Shown here piece after piece: positions 28,933-38,977 of a stretch of DNA of 39,567 nucleotides (positions are counted from its first letter, which is position 1; each line of letters begins with the position of its first letter). Location of the stretch: positions 1 to 39,567 of the forward strand of contig JBGAIN010000068.1 in the NCBI GenBank assembly GCA_044225505.1, in the 5' to 3' direction. The notes under the pieces were generated by a model. The model was given only the letters and a program-made list of their open reading frames with translations. It did not search any database and was not told the DNA's origin. This DNA comes from Limisphaerales bacterium (GTDB lineage: Bacteria > Verrucomicrobiota > Verrucomicrobiia > Limisphaerales > SIBE01). Made by a program: the position numbers and the translations under genes.

Positions 28933-29170
28933 AGTTCCAAGACTCCATTTCAAGTTCAGTTTCAGTTGCTGGTTTCAAAGCTCGATCGAGTAACGGAAGA
29001 GGTGATTGTGATGACCGTCCTGTCCGTGCCGGCAGGTGCAGTTGTGTATGCTGTCGCCGGAACGGCCGCTACTGGACCGGGCGGGCACGACTTTGCGCAA
29101 AGTGGGCGTTCAGCGCAAGGCAGGACCGAGCTAGAAACATCGGGACTGACGATAGGAACGGCGTAATGCG

Positions 29171-29755
29171 TTAAAGGGAAGTCGAGCGTCGGTCGTTGGA
29201 ACCGGCGTTACTTTTGAGTCGGCTCTTGGAAAGTGACACGAGACGTTCGGATTTGCGGGATGGGCAAAGTGCGACTTCCACTCCGGATGCGGCCCGCGAC
29301 GCCGGTGCGCTCGCTTGGTGAGCTTGCGCAAAATAACGTTCCGCGAGATCGAACTTCGCGACCAAGCAGCAGTAGCATGCAGCGTCGTAAAGGAGCACGG
29401 AGGAGCACGGAAATTGTGCTGCCTTGGTCGAAGCGATGCGGAAAGCCTTCTGGAATTGGTCCAGCTTGTAGTACGACTCTGCCAGCCGAATCCAGCTTTG
29501 AACCTCCTCCGGGTAATGCTTGGTCAGCGTCTTGGCCACCCCAAGGCAAGCTTCCCAATGGCCGGTTTGCGCCAGGATGCGCCATCGTAAGAGGAGCACG
29601 TCCAGACAAGCTTTTCCTCGGCGGGTAACTTGGAGGAGTTCGGCATCCGCTTCGCTCAAGTTATTGAGTTCAAGCCAGCCTTCAGCGGCTCGCAGAGCAA
29701 ACTGGTCCGCGCCGGAGAGGGGTTCTGAAGAACGTTGTCGTTTGAGTGCACCCAT
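29171..29755 (-). CDS. TPR-like repeat protein
   Basis: AAEGWLEL....EA..EL, SWIRLAESYYKL..FQKA and LLYDAACYCC helical repeats. Confidence 0.75.
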   Translation of the reverse strand: MGALKRQRSSEPLSGADQFALRAAEGWLELNNLSEADAELLQVTRRGKACLDVLLLRWRILAQTGHWEACLGVAKTLTKHYPEEVQSWIRLAESYYKLDQFQKAFRIASTKAAQFPCSSVLLYDAACYCCLVAKFDLAERYFAQAHQASAPASRAASGVEVALCPSRKSERLVSLSKSRLKSNAGSNDRRSTSL

Positions 29756-30010
29756 ATCGCCTGCGGGCCCTGCTTAGCATGAGTCAGACCGCCGCGTAAG
29801 TGTTTTGCGCACAGCACCCTGTGCGCTTAGTGGTCTGTCTGGAGATCGGGATAGTTGACCCAATCCGGGACACCGCTGGGTTCTACGGGCGAGAGGTGGG
29901 GGCGTGGGTTTGGACCGGCCCTACGAGCCAACTCCCTTTAAATCTTGGCCATGGATGACCTCTGCACGCTGCGCTCGAATCCGGACGGCGGCGCGCGGTG
30001 ACTCAGGGGA

Positions 30011-31066
30011 TCAGAATGACGCTGGCGGGATCGGCGGCAGTTGGCGTTCATCCAACGCTTCCAGATAGAGCAAAACTACCGCCGCTGAGTTGGCCGCCGC
30101 GAGCTTGAAGAACGTGAACACCTCGTTGCGTCCCTCCCCACCTCCGGCCAGGTCCGAAAGCGACCGGAACGCAATAAACGGAACGCGATTGACATAGGCG
30201 ACAGTCGCGACCGCGGCGGTTTCCATATCGAGAGCGTCAGCGTGGAATGTTTTCCAAACCCAAGCGCGGTAAGCGGCATTATCGACGAACGTCGGACCGC
30301 TCACGCCGTTACCGCCGAGGACAAGGCGCGGCGTCGTGTTCAAGTGATCACCCTCAGCTGTCCTGCTTTCCAGAACGACGCGATTTGTGATCGACTGCAC
30401 GACCTTAAGACTCGCGGGATCGACCGGCATCCAGAATCGGGATTCTTCCTGATTCGCAGGTCCATTTCGTCGCGTCACAAGCACCGGTTGGGGAAACATC
30501 ATTCCGAAGTTTCCGAAATTCGTGGACGCGGTTAGGGTTTCCCAGCTTCCTCCTGGGAGTTCCCGGGCAAAGTGGTGTTCCTGATATTGCCCCCACTGGG
30601 CGGGGACAGTTACATCGCCGACCCGCAAATTCGGGTTAACACCGCCGGCAATCCCGGAAAAGACGATTTGTCTGACGGTGAAGTGATCCAAAAGCGACTG
30701 CGCGGTCATGCTGGCGTTGACCATGCTATAGCCGCTAAGCGCGAGAACCACTGAGTGACCGGCCAATCGACCGACGTCATACCGACGGCCATTGATGATC
30801 TGATGACTCTCGATCTGCGTCTGGGCGCGCAGCTTTTCCAGTTCCGGGGCGAACGCCGAGAGAATAGCGATCCGTGGAGTGGAATCCTTGACTCCCATTG
30901 CGGCCGAACGGGTGCGGGGGGAAGCGCAGCCATGGCTGAGCAGGAGGGGCAGGAGCAACAGTGTCAGCAGCATCCAATGGCCGAATCCAGAACGCTGCGC
31001 GGGACGCTGCAGGTGCGAGAGAACGCTGAACCTTTGGCCGAGGCCTGACCGTGAATTGATGCACAT
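30011..31066 (-). CDS. 5'-methylthioadenosine/S-adenosylhomocysteine nucleosidase family protein, probable lipoprotein
   Basis: IAILSAF..E, SGYSMVNA, FSGIAGGVNP.L.VGDV, DMETAAVA, FRSLSDLAGG; lipobox-like LSHGC. Start uncertain (31066 or 30973); the ORF-track start 31282 overlaps the next gene. Confidence 0.85.
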   Translation of the reverse strand: MCINSRSGLGQRFSVLSHLQRPAQRSGFGHWMLLTLLLLPLLLSHGCASPRTRSAAMGVKDSTPRIAILSAFAPELEKLRAQTQIESHQIINGRRYDVGRLAGHSVVLALSGYSMVNASMTAQSLLDHFTVRQIVFSGIAGGVNPNLRVGDVTVPAQWGQYQEHHFARELPGGSWETLTASTNFGNFGMMFPQPVLVTRRNGPANQEESRFWMPVDPASLKVVQSITNRVVLESRTAEGDHLNTTPRLVLGGNGVSGPTFVDNAAYRAWVWKTFHADALDMETAAVATVAYVNRVPFIAFRSLSDLAGGGEGRNEVFTFFKLAAANSAAVVLLYLEALDERQLPPIPPASF

Positions 31067-31212
31067 ATCCATTTGGACGCCAAGAATCATTACGCGCCGG
31101 AACGTCGGCGTCGAGAGCAACGCGGAGAGCGCGGTGGATTTGGATCCAAGGCAATCTGGACGGGCCGATCCAAACTTGCTCCATTCGGGCTGTGTTTCTA
31201 GATTAGGGGGCT

Positions 31213-31827
31213 GTGAAATCTGCCAAGGCCGCACGACTGGCGAAAAGCCCGAAGTCGCCGGACACCAAGCCGGTGATTGCATTTGCGACGCCAGAAGCGT
31301 TCAAGGGGTGGCTGGATACGAATCACGAGACTCACAGCGGATTTTGGATGCGGATCTTCAAGAAGGAAAGCCGACGGGTCGGGGTGACCTATGCGGAAGC
31401 GCTCGATGTGGCGTTGTGCTACGGCTGGATTGATGGGCAGCGGCACCGGTGCGATGCCGAATCTTTCTTGGTGCGATTTACCAGGCGTGGCGCCCGCAGT
31501 GTCTGGTCGAAAATCAATACGGGGCATATCGCGCGGTTGACGAGTGAAGGACGAATTACGCCTGCCGGTATGGCTGCGGTTAACGCGGCCAAAGCCGACG
31601 GACGTTGGGACGCCGCCTACGCATCGTCGCGCGCCTTTGAGATGCCCGCCGAATTCACGGAAGCTCTTGCCCGGTCGCCTAAGGCAGCGACGTTCTTCGC
31701 GACTTTGAACAAGGCCAACCGCTATGCGATCTTCTATCGACTGACCCACGCCAAGCGTCCCGAAACAAAAGCGCGCCGGTTGAAGGATCTTGTCGCGATG
31801 CTGGAACGTACTGAAAAACTTCACTGA
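31213..31827 (+). CDS. YdeI/OmpD-associated family protein
   Basis: WLDTNH, TYAEALDVALCYGWIDG, SVWSKIN and AKRPETKARR motifs. Confidence 0.92.
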   Translation: MKSAKAARLAKSPKSPDTKPVIAFATPEAFKGWLDTNHETHSGFWMRIFKKESRRVGVTYAEALDVALCYGWIDGQRHRCDAESFLVRFTRRGARSVWSKINTGHIARLTSEGRITPAGMAAVNAAKADGRWDAAYASSRAFEMPAEFTEALARSPKAATFFATLNKANRYAIFYRLTHAKRPETKARRLKDLVAMLERTEKLH

Positions 31828-32062
31828 CCTGAGGTTGAAGCTTCTCCAGTGCTCTCGTGGAATTTCTGCGAACGTGTCCTGGCCGCGTGATCTCATTCGT
31901 CGTAAGCTTAGGAAGATACCCTTGTATCGCCGCAGGCATGAACACGATCGAGATCAAAGCCGGGGCTATGCGTTGCCCCCGATCGCTGCACCCCGTTGGA
32001 GGATGCGGCAGGCAGCCTGAGCCGTGCGCGAAACCTCGCACAACAATTCTGAGTTCCTTATT

Positions 32063-32533
32063 ATGAGCACATTTCACGACTATCCAGCGGTTATCCCGTA
32101 TCTCGTTGTCAAGGGCGCTGCCCAAGCGATTGAGTTTTACAAACGCGCTTTTGGCGCTGCCGAGCGGTACCGCCTCAGCACACCCGGATCGAACCAGGTT
32201 GGTCATGCTGAACTTACGATTCACGGACAAGTCATCATGCTGGCCGACGAATTTCCAGGGATGACAACCTCCCCACATACGCTGAACGGCACCACGACGA
32301 CATTCGTTTTGATGGTTGGCAACGCCGACGAGGCAATTGCCCGGGCCGTCGCCGCCGGTGCCACTCCTACCATGCCGGTCACGGATATGTTTTACGGATA
32401 TCGCACAGGCTCCGTAACCGATCCGTTCGGACACCGATGGATGATTCAACATAAGCTCGAGGACGTCAGCGTCACAGAGATGCAAAAGCGCTGGGATGAA
32501 ATGGTGGCGCAGTGTGGTTCTGCCAAGAGCTGA
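32063..32533 (+). CDS. VOC/glyoxalase (PhnB-like) family protein
   Basis: PYLVVKGAAQAIEFYKRAFGA, HAEL, MLADEFP and DMFYGYR.G...DPFGHRW motifs. Confidence 0.92.
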   Translation: MSTFHDYPAVIPYLVVKGAAQAIEFYKRAFGAAERYRLSTPGSNQVGHAELTIHGQVIMLADEFPGMTTSPHTLNGTTTTFVLMVGNADEAIARAVAAGATPTMPVTDMFYGYRTGSVTDPFGHRWMIQHKLEDVSVTEMQKRWDEMVAQCGSAKS

Positions 32534-32661
32534 CAACCAGACCCGAAAGGAGCCAGACTCCCATGCCCTGGATCGCGCCGAGCCATATCCCAGTCCCACT
32601 CAAGGAGCGGATCGGGTCGAGTCCGAGGGACGTCTCTGGCTAATCCCTTCTAACAAAACCT

Positions 32662-33054
32662 ATGAAAGAAAAGAGGCCGAACTCAGAATATTTGGTCCTG
32701 TCGCGTGGCCAATGGGACAAAAGCGCATCGAAGCAGGAGATCGAACTGGCGATTGGCAAATTCTACGAGTGGTACGAGCGCAATCTCAAGACAGGTCAGT
32801 TCAAGCCTGGCTCTCGACTCGGCACTGCCGCCGCCATGGTTTCCAAGTCTGGTATTCTAACGGACGGACCGTTTGGCGAAGCTAAAGAGATCGTCGGAGG
32901 ATACTGGATCATCGTCGCGCCGAGCTTGCGCGAGGCCGCGGAAGTAGCTGCACAGAACCCGTGCATCCAGCATGGTCTGCGCTTTGAGATTCGGCCGCTC
33001 GAAGCCGAACGGGCCTCCGCTTACAGCGTCACAAACGAAACGGCGGGCCATTGA
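32662..33054 (+). CDS. YciI/YCII-related (DGPF domain) protein
   Basis: TDGPFGEAKEIVGGYWII...EA...A...P......EIRP. Confidence 0.9.
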   Translation: MKEKRPNSEYLVLSRGQWDKSASKQEIELAIGKFYEWYERNLKTGQFKPGSRLGTAAAMVSKSGILTDGPFGEAKEIVGGYWIIVAPSLREAAEVAAQNPCIQHGLRFEIRPLEAERASAYSVTNETAGH

Positions 33055-33211
33055 GCGGGGAGGAGAGCTCAACAAAATTGGGTCCCTGAAACATCCGCAC
33101 ATCGCCGAGCGCCCGGCGACTCCAGCGACGGAAACGGAATCGACCGGCTGGACATACTCTTGCGAAGACCTGAATCGAGCTGACCCCAGCCGAACTGTCG
33201 GCTGGCCACGA

Positions 33212-33227
33212 CTCTCTCTCTCTCTCT
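33212..33227. repeat. (CT)8 microsatellite
   Basis: Read directly; preceded by the hairpin CCAGCCGA-ACTG-TCGGCTGG (33186-33205). Confidence 0.85.
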
Positions 33228-33270
33228 GTCATGCACTCGCTTGAATCCCGCGGCATGATATCCTATCGGC

Positions 33271-33963
33271 ATGGAAACGCTCCAAACGGTCATTGCCAGT
33301 TTTCGACGCCAGGTGCTTGCCGCGGTCGCGGAACGGGGAGGTTCTTCAGCGTCAGCGCTGCGGCTGGAACCGGAACGTGTCTCCCTGTCTTTACGTGTTT
33401 CGATCAACGAACAAAAGGCGCCCAATGGCAAATCGGACTTGTCGTTCCAAGTTATGACCCATGGAGGCGGGGACACCTCTGGAAGTGAGTCTGCGACCGG
33501 AGCTCCTTTGTTTCATACGGTAACGGTTGAGTTTCGAGTCACCCCTGACGGGCTGGTTCCTTCCAAGGAAGATCAGCCCGAGACGTCACCCGCGAAAGAG
33601 GTCCCTGCGGTGCGCCAGGTTGCGGATCTCCTCGTGCCCATCCTCGGGGCACCCGGATTCGACAGTTCGTCGCGAGCGACCGTTTTCCGCGAAGCGTTGG
33701 CGGGCCTGACCGATCAGCAGGTTCGATCCGTCGCGGAGTTGCTCCGCGGCCATGCGGCGCCTGATGCGACTCCAGAGATGGTGCGCGCTAGGCAGTTGCT
33801 TAGTCGATTGGTGGACAGCGGATCCGCAGGGCCTGTCCGTGGGCGTGAGATCCTCTCGGATGTTTTTCAGAGGCATCCGATAGAGGGGATACTCCAGCAA
33901 GTCCTGGAGACATGGAGAACGCAGGCGGAGTGGCTTCACAAACCTCTTCTGCCATCCTCTTAA
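33271..33963 (+). CDS. Hypothetical protein with Trypco2-like N-terminal domain
   Basis: 230-aa ORF. The N-terminal pattern L..VI..FR.QV...LRLE.ERVSLSLRV....LSFQV...GGG...HTVTVEF resembles trypsin-co-occurring domain 2 (by eye only). Confidence 0.6.
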   Translation: METLQTVIASFRRQVLAAVAERGGSSASALRLEPERVSLSLRVSINEQKAPNGKSDLSFQVMTHGGGDTSGSESATGAPLFHTVTVEFRVTPDGLVPSKEDQPETSPAKEVPAVRQVADLLVPILGAPGFDSSSRATVFREALAGLTDQQVRSVAELLRGHAAPDATPEMVRARQLLSRLVDSGSAGPVRGREILSDVFQRHPIEGILQQVLETWRTQAEWLHKPLLPSS

Positions 33964-34254
33964 GGTAGGGGGAATGCGGTTCCCGATCGACGGCCTTGCT
34001 CTGTGCCGGTTAAAGGTCGGTTTGCGAAGGCAAAGCGATGCCATTGCCCTCGGAATCCTGTCGCTAAGAATCGCCCAGCGCGCGTAAATGCGGTCGCTGG
34101 GTCGCAGGCTCGGCGGTGGCCGTCTTCCCGGCTGAGACGCTCCTGGTATCTGGTTACGGGGATTGAACCATCTGCATTTGGCGTGCGCCAGGGTTCGAAG
34201 AGACGAATCGACTCTCGCTTGCTTCGCTGCCTCTACGGACGGCACACTCTCCCA

Positions 34255-34467
34255 ATGAACGATGACGTTGCCGAACGTATAATCCGTCTGGAATCAGCGA
34301 TTGCCCATTTGGAATACCTAACCGAGCAACTGAACACCGTTGTTACAGAACAGGGACGCCAACTCAATGAACTCAGAAAGCAATGGCAGCGTCAGGCCGA
34401 GACACTGAACACGATCGAAATGGACCGAATCAGATCGACCGATTCCAAGCCGCCCCACTATCAGTAA
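34255..34467 (+). CDS. slyX: SlyX family protein
   Basis: ERIIRLESAIAHLE...EQLN.VV.EQ coiled coil and C-terminal KPPHY; ATG at 34255. Confidence 0.88.
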   Translation: MNDDVAERIIRLESAIAHLEYLTEQLNTVVTEQGRQLNELRKQWQRQAETLNTIEMDRIRSTDSKPPHYQ

Positions 34468-34703
34468 CGAACCGCGTCCAGCCTCAACTGATCGGCTGAT
34501 CAAGCGGCGACGTGGCAAGGAAGGGGATCGGCTCTCATGGAGGTGTTTGCCCTTATGGGCAAATCAGTCACCGGGATTCTGCTCCGGCGAAGCGGCTTCG
34601 CGAAGCCCTGAGACCGTCGCCTGAGATCCTGTCGGAAACACTAGTCGGCTGAGACGCTACATTTTTCGCAACCTTCATCGTCCATTCTTTCTTATCCTTG
34701 TGA

Positions 34704-36233
34704 ATGAACAATACGCTTCTCCGGCCGACCTTCAAACAGTCGCTCTCATTCGAGAGCCACGACCAGACTTTCTCGCACCAGCGCCAAAGGACTGAACGAA
34801 TGCAAGCTCTGGTGCGGAAGTATGCCGAGATGCCTCCGCTGGAACTTAGGGCTTTACAGGATCAGAGGGTTCGTGACGTGGTCCATTTTCATTATTACAA
34901 CAATCCGACGTATCGAGCGCTCTGCGCACAACGTGGTGTCGTTCCGGAAGACATTGAATCGGTCCATGACCTCCGACTTTTACCCATCGTCGAAAGGGAT
35001 TTCCTCCAGCGGTATGGGTTTTACAAAGGTGCGGGCGGGGCTCTTTCCGTAGAGCCGCAGGAATTGTTCACCTTCTTAAACAGTTCAGGCTCGACGGGGA
35101 AGCCAAAGCGAATTCCTATCGCGGTGTCGGAGGTGGGCGAAATCTACGAGACCTCAGCGCTCGGCCTTTGGCTCGCCGGTGTCCGCGGGGGAGATTTTCG
35201 TGAAGGAGGGGGAATTTACACTCTGTTTCCGCACGGGCCATGGCCTGGTTCTTTTTTCTTGATGAACGCGAGTGAAGCTATTGGGTTTGCTCCCAAGGCG
35301 GATTTAGGCATGCCCTTTCCGTGGCACCTGAACAACCTTCGCGAGCTGCGACCCAAGACTATTGTCACGTCGCCCTCAGTCATCTCTGCACTGGCGTCCT
35401 TCATGGGAGAGACAGGCACAGACCCACGCACGCTTGGCGTAACGCGGATCGTGCTCGGAGGTGAATTCTTTAGCGATAATTTCCGAGCGACGATCGAAGA
35501 GCGGTTTCGAGCTCGGGTCTTGGATCTCTACGGTTGTGGCGAAACGCAGATTGTTACGGTCGAATCGGACGATCTTTATGAGCAGCAACGAGGGTTCATG
35601 TATCACTTGGCCCACATGAGCGTGATCGAGACTGTCTGCCCGGGAACGGAAGAACCCGTTCAACCTGGAGAGGATGGCGAAATGGTTATCACCGTCTTTA
35701 ATCGAAAAGCATGGCCGGTCGTTCGATATCGGATGGGTGATATCGTCGCCCTCCAGCCCGAAGAACAACGTCCGGAAGGGCTCTGTTATACTTTCCCAAT
35801 CATCTCCAGGATTCGCGGGAGATCCGATGACATGCTGAAGTATGGCAACGTGAATCTGTATCCGGAGCTCTTCTTTAACGTCCTCGCTGAGTTTAACCGG
35901 AAATCTAACATTCTTAAGCTGAGCGGCGACAAGTTTCGGTTCGAGATCTTCGAGCACGATGATCCTTGTTTGCTAAAGGCAACTTGGACCATCGAACTGG
36001 AAGGAAGCCGCCAGAACTACCATTCCCAGGAAGCCTTTCGCCGATCTGAGGAAGAGTTGCTCGATGCGTTGGTGGCGCACTCCGATGAACTCCGACACGC
36101 GCTTTTCGTAGGGCGACAAGTGCCTCCGCCCACGATTCAGCTCGTCGATGCCGGAACGCTTTACCAAAACTCCATGAAACTTCGGCGTATGGTCGATCAC
36201 CGACAGCACTCTGGGAGGCGGGTTTCATCATGA
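34704..36233 (+). CDS. Phenylacetate-CoA ligase (PaaK/F390 synthetase)-like adenylate-forming enzyme
   Basis: SSGSTGKPK, LGGE, DLYGCGE, GEMVIT, PVVRYRMGD and IRGRSDDMLK..NVNLYP motifs. Confidence 0.88.
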   Translation: MNNTLLRPTFKQSLSFESHDQTFSHQRQRTERMQALVRKYAEMPPLELRALQDQRVRDVVHFHYYNNPTYRALCAQRGVVPEDIESVHDLRLLPIVERDFLQRYGFYKGAGGALSVEPQELFTFLNSSGSTGKPKRIPIAVSEVGEIYETSALGLWLAGVRGGDFREGGGIYTLFPHGPWPGSFFLMNASEAIGFAPKADLGMPFPWHLNNLRELRPKTIVTSPSVISALASFMGETGTDPRTLGVTRIVLGGEFFSDNFRATIEERFRARVLDLYGCGETQIVTVESDDLYEQQRGFMYHLAHMSVIETVCPGTEEPVQPGEDGEMVITVFNRKAWPVVRYRMGDIVALQPEEQRPEGLCYTFPIISRIRGRSDDMLKYGNVNLYPELFFNVLAEFNRKSNILKLSGDKFRFEIFEHDDPCLLKATWTIELEGSRQNYHSQEAFRRSEEELLDALVAHSDELRHALFVGRQVPPPTIQLVDAGTLYQNSMKLRRMVDHRQHSGRRVSS

Positions 36234-37783
36234 GGAAATCGTACCAGCGCTTCGCGGGAATCGTTGGGGAATCGTTCGTGACGGTTGATCCCTTGATACT
36301 CCGGGCGGTCGAATCTACCACCTACCCGACGACGCAGAGGATTCGCGGAATCGTCTGCCCTGGCTCGAAGCAGGAGGTTCAGGAATGTCTGGCCGTCGCA
36401 CAATCCAATCGGATACCGATCTATCCGATTTCGTCAGGAAAAAACTGGGGATACGGCGGCCGGGTGCCAATCACAGACGACTCTGTGCTTTTGGATCTCA
36501 GCCGGTTGAATCGCATCATCGATTACGACGAGTCATTAGGCTACGTCACTGTCGAAACCGGGGTCACTTTTCGACAGCTGTTTCAGTTCTTGCGCAAACG
36601 GAATTCCCGGCTCTTGCTCAGCGTGACCAGTTCGAGTCCCGATACCAGCATCGTCGCCAATACCCTGGAACGAGGCATCGGATGCGGTCCCCATGCAGAC
36701 CGTATTTCGTCGGCCTGTGATATGGAGGTCGTCCTGCCGACAGGCGATGTCATTCAGACGGGTTTTGCGAGGCTGCCTAAAGCCAAGGCCGCTCGAGTCC
36801 ACCGTCATGGTCTAGGGCCTTCCCTGGACGGCTTGTTCGTCCAATCTAACCTCGGCGTCGTTACTTCCATGACATTTTGGCTTGTCCGCAGGCCAGAGTT
36901 TTTGGGGATCTTGTTTGTGGCTATGGATTCGGACGTTGAGGTAGGAGAGGCCGTCGATGTTTTCCGTGAATCCGCCTCGGAGAATATCGTGCGGCCCCCG
37001 TTTGCCGTGTTTAATCGCGATCGCGTGCTGTCGGTTATAGAAACGCTGTCGAGTGCTTCTGGCTCGGCAGGCCCTAACCAAGGGCCGCCTCGGGTCTTAG
37101 CGTGGAATGGCGACCTGGCTATCTACGAGAGTAATTACAATCGTCTCACCTCTGTGATCGCTCAATTACGGTGCCGATTTGAGTCCTGCACCAAATCGTT
37201 GACCACGTTTGTAGCGACGGCGGACGAGATGGATCAGCGGTTGCAGGACGCGGCTCTGGATGGGACCACACTTCCCAAGGATGACCCATTTCGCGCGTTG
37301 CTAATCGAGAAGCATCTGGGGATTCCTAAGCTCGACGCGGTCCGCCAGGTCTACTGGAAAAAGCAGGCTCCTCCGACTGCCGTCCCGCCCGACCCAGATC
37401 GAGACCGATGCGGTCTCCTTTGGTGCTCGCCAGTCGTGCCGCTGCTCGGCAGCGAGCTCCGGAACGCGCTCAGCCTGATCGCGACGGTGTCCGCCACCTG
37501 CGACATCAAAATTCCCACCTCGATCCAATGTACTTCCGAGCGTTCGGCCACCATTATCGCTTCTATCCTGTTCGACCGTGACCTGCCAGGCGAAGATGAA
37601 CGGGCTTTGAAGTGCCATCACAAACTACGTCAGGCTTTACACAGTGCGGGATATTATTCCTATCGTGAGAATACCCTTTCGCTCGCCGCGCCGCGCCCAG
37701 ACACTCCCTATGACCGCGTTCTTTCCACCTTAAAGGCTTCGATAGATCCGAACCAGGTCTTAGCTTCGTCCCGTTATCTTTAA
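36230..37783 (+). CDS. FAD-binding oxidoreductase, VAO/PCMH (4-cresol dehydrogenase flavoprotein-like) family
   Basis: PIYPISSGKNWGYGG, LDLSRLNRI, VETGVTF.QL, GPSLDGLFVQSNLGVVT, YR and IDPNQVLA motifs; ATGA overlap with the ligase. Confidence 0.9.
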   Translation: MRKSYQRFAGIVGESFVTVDPLILRAVESTTYPTTQRIRGIVCPGSKQEVQECLAVAQSNRIPIYPISSGKNWGYGGRVPITDDSVLLDLSRLNRIIDYDESLGYVTVETGVTFRQLFQFLRKRNSRLLLSVTSSSPDTSIVANTLERGIGCGPHADRISSACDMEVVLPTGDVIQTGFARLPKAKAARVHRHGLGPSLDGLFVQSNLGVVTSMTFWLVRRPEFLGILFVAMDSDVEVGEAVDVFRESASENIVRPPFAVFNRDRVLSVIETLSSASGSAGPNQGPPRVLAWNGDLAIYESNYNRLTSVIAQLRCRFESCTKSLTTFVATADEMDQRLQDAALDGTTLPKDDPFRALLIEKHLGIPKLDAVRQVYWKKQAPPTAVPPDPDRDRCGLLWCSPVVPLLGSELRNALSLIATVSATCDIKIPTSIQCTSERSATIIASILFDRDLPGEDERALKCHHKLRQALHSAGYYSYRENTLSLAAPRPDTPYDRVLSTLKASIDPNQVLASSRYL

Positions 37784-37970
37784 CACTCTGGAGAAGCGGA
37801 TCGGCCTGGGCTCTGGTCTTTTCTTCCGTTGCTCTCCAGCTTGAGGCGGGGTGTCCTCCAGGGTAGAGTTACTGCAGACCAGGATCGCAACATGACTCTT
37901 AAGCAACTCGAACTCGTGACGGTCCGTCGCGGAGTTGCGATAGAGAGCGGCGATCCGTCGTGAGCCACTC

Positions 37971-38798
37971 GTGATCCTCAAAGAGATCGATCATCGGATA
38001 GCCAGTCGCTTTAGAAGTCCCGCTGGGTTCACTTTGATCGAGTTGTTGGCGGTGATTGGCATCATCGGAATTCTCGCAGCGCTTTTGCTTCCGGCCCTCC
38101 ATCGAGCTGTGGGCCGAGCACGACAAACCCATTGCGCCAATAACGTCCGGCAGTTGGGACTTGGTCTGCAACAGATCCTTTCGGATACCCAGTTTTATCC
38201 GCTCTCGGTCGACGCGGAGTTGGATAGCGCCGATCGTCCGACCAATGTTTTTACTTGGGCTGAAGCGATCGAGTCTAACCTCAGCGGCGCTAATACTCGC
38301 AGCGCTCCCTCTTTTCGCGGCAAAGGAGTTTGGTTATGTCCCGGTGTTCGATCGAAGGGAGTTTTGGGTGATGGATTTAGTTCCTACGGTTACAACGCCT
38401 TTGGCATTGGTGTCAGTTCCAATTCTTCACTGGGCTTAGGGGGACATTATGGATTTACGCATACCACCAAGGCCGGCGTGCCACCGGTGGTCAAGCCGCC
38501 GGTGAGCGTCACGGAAGTCGTCAATCCCAGCGAGATGATGGCCATGGGAGATGGGTTTCACGGAAATGGGAAGGAGATTTTCTCCGGGCAAGACTTGCTC
38601 TGGCGGCACAACTCCTATGTCGGGTTCGTTGATGCGACTCCCCCAAGATCCCGCCATTCTGCGAGAGCCAATGTTGCCTTTTGCGACGGTCATGTGGAAT
38701 CACCGACATTGATGTCACTGTTTGAGGATTCCACCGACATGGCTCTGGTCCGCTGGAATCGGGATCACTTGCCGCATCAAGAACAATTACGACCCTGA
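37971..38798 (+). CDS. Prepilin-type N-terminal cleavage/methylation protein with H-X9-DG domain (DUF1559-like)
   Basis: [25 protein letters not shown]...[17 protein letters not shown] and [15 protein letters not shown]. Confidence 0.9.
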   Translation: MILKEIDHRIASRFRSPAGFTLIELLAVIGIIGILAALLLPALHRAVGRARQTHCANNVRQLGLGLQQILSDTQFYPLSVDAELDSADRPTNVFTWAEAIESNLSGANTRSAPSFRGKGVWLCPGVRSKGVLGDGFSSYGYNAFGIGVSSNSSLGLGGHYGFTHTTKAGVPPVVKPPVSVTEVVNPSEMMAMGDGFHGNGKEIFSGQDLLWRHNSYVGFVDATPPRSRHSARANVAFCDGHVESPTLMSLFEDSTDMALVRWNRDHLPHQEQLRP

Positions 38799-38977
38799 GG
38801 CGTCGGCTTGGCCGTGTCTCGTTTCGGAAAGTCAGCGGGTTGAATTCGAGGCCAGGTGGCTCGAGGGTCGGGAGTTTTTCAGCCGCCATCTGCGGTGTAT
38901 GACCCTGCCTCATGATGCGAAGGACGGCGCGACACAACGATCCGGGCAATTGCGAAAACCAGGAAAGCTTCCGGAAG

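Noticed and set aside
28975..29100. 41-aa His/Cys-rich minus-strand micro-ORF (MRKVVPARSSSGRSGDSIHNCTCRHGQDGHHNHLFRYSIEL)
   Set aside because: TTG start, no RBS and no recognisable family; indistinguishable from chance.
28321..29166. Long plus-strand ORF (281 aa), and similar long antisense ORFs such as 14359-15060, 27293-28159 and 31679-32599
   Set aside because: These are shadow or alternate-frame ORFs overlapping well-supported genes in high-GC DNA, with no family motifs.
31213..33054. YdeI-VOC-YciI cluster as a novel system
   Set aside because: This is a common grouping of small stress-related genes; nothing unusual beyond the absence of an adjacent ECF sigma factor.
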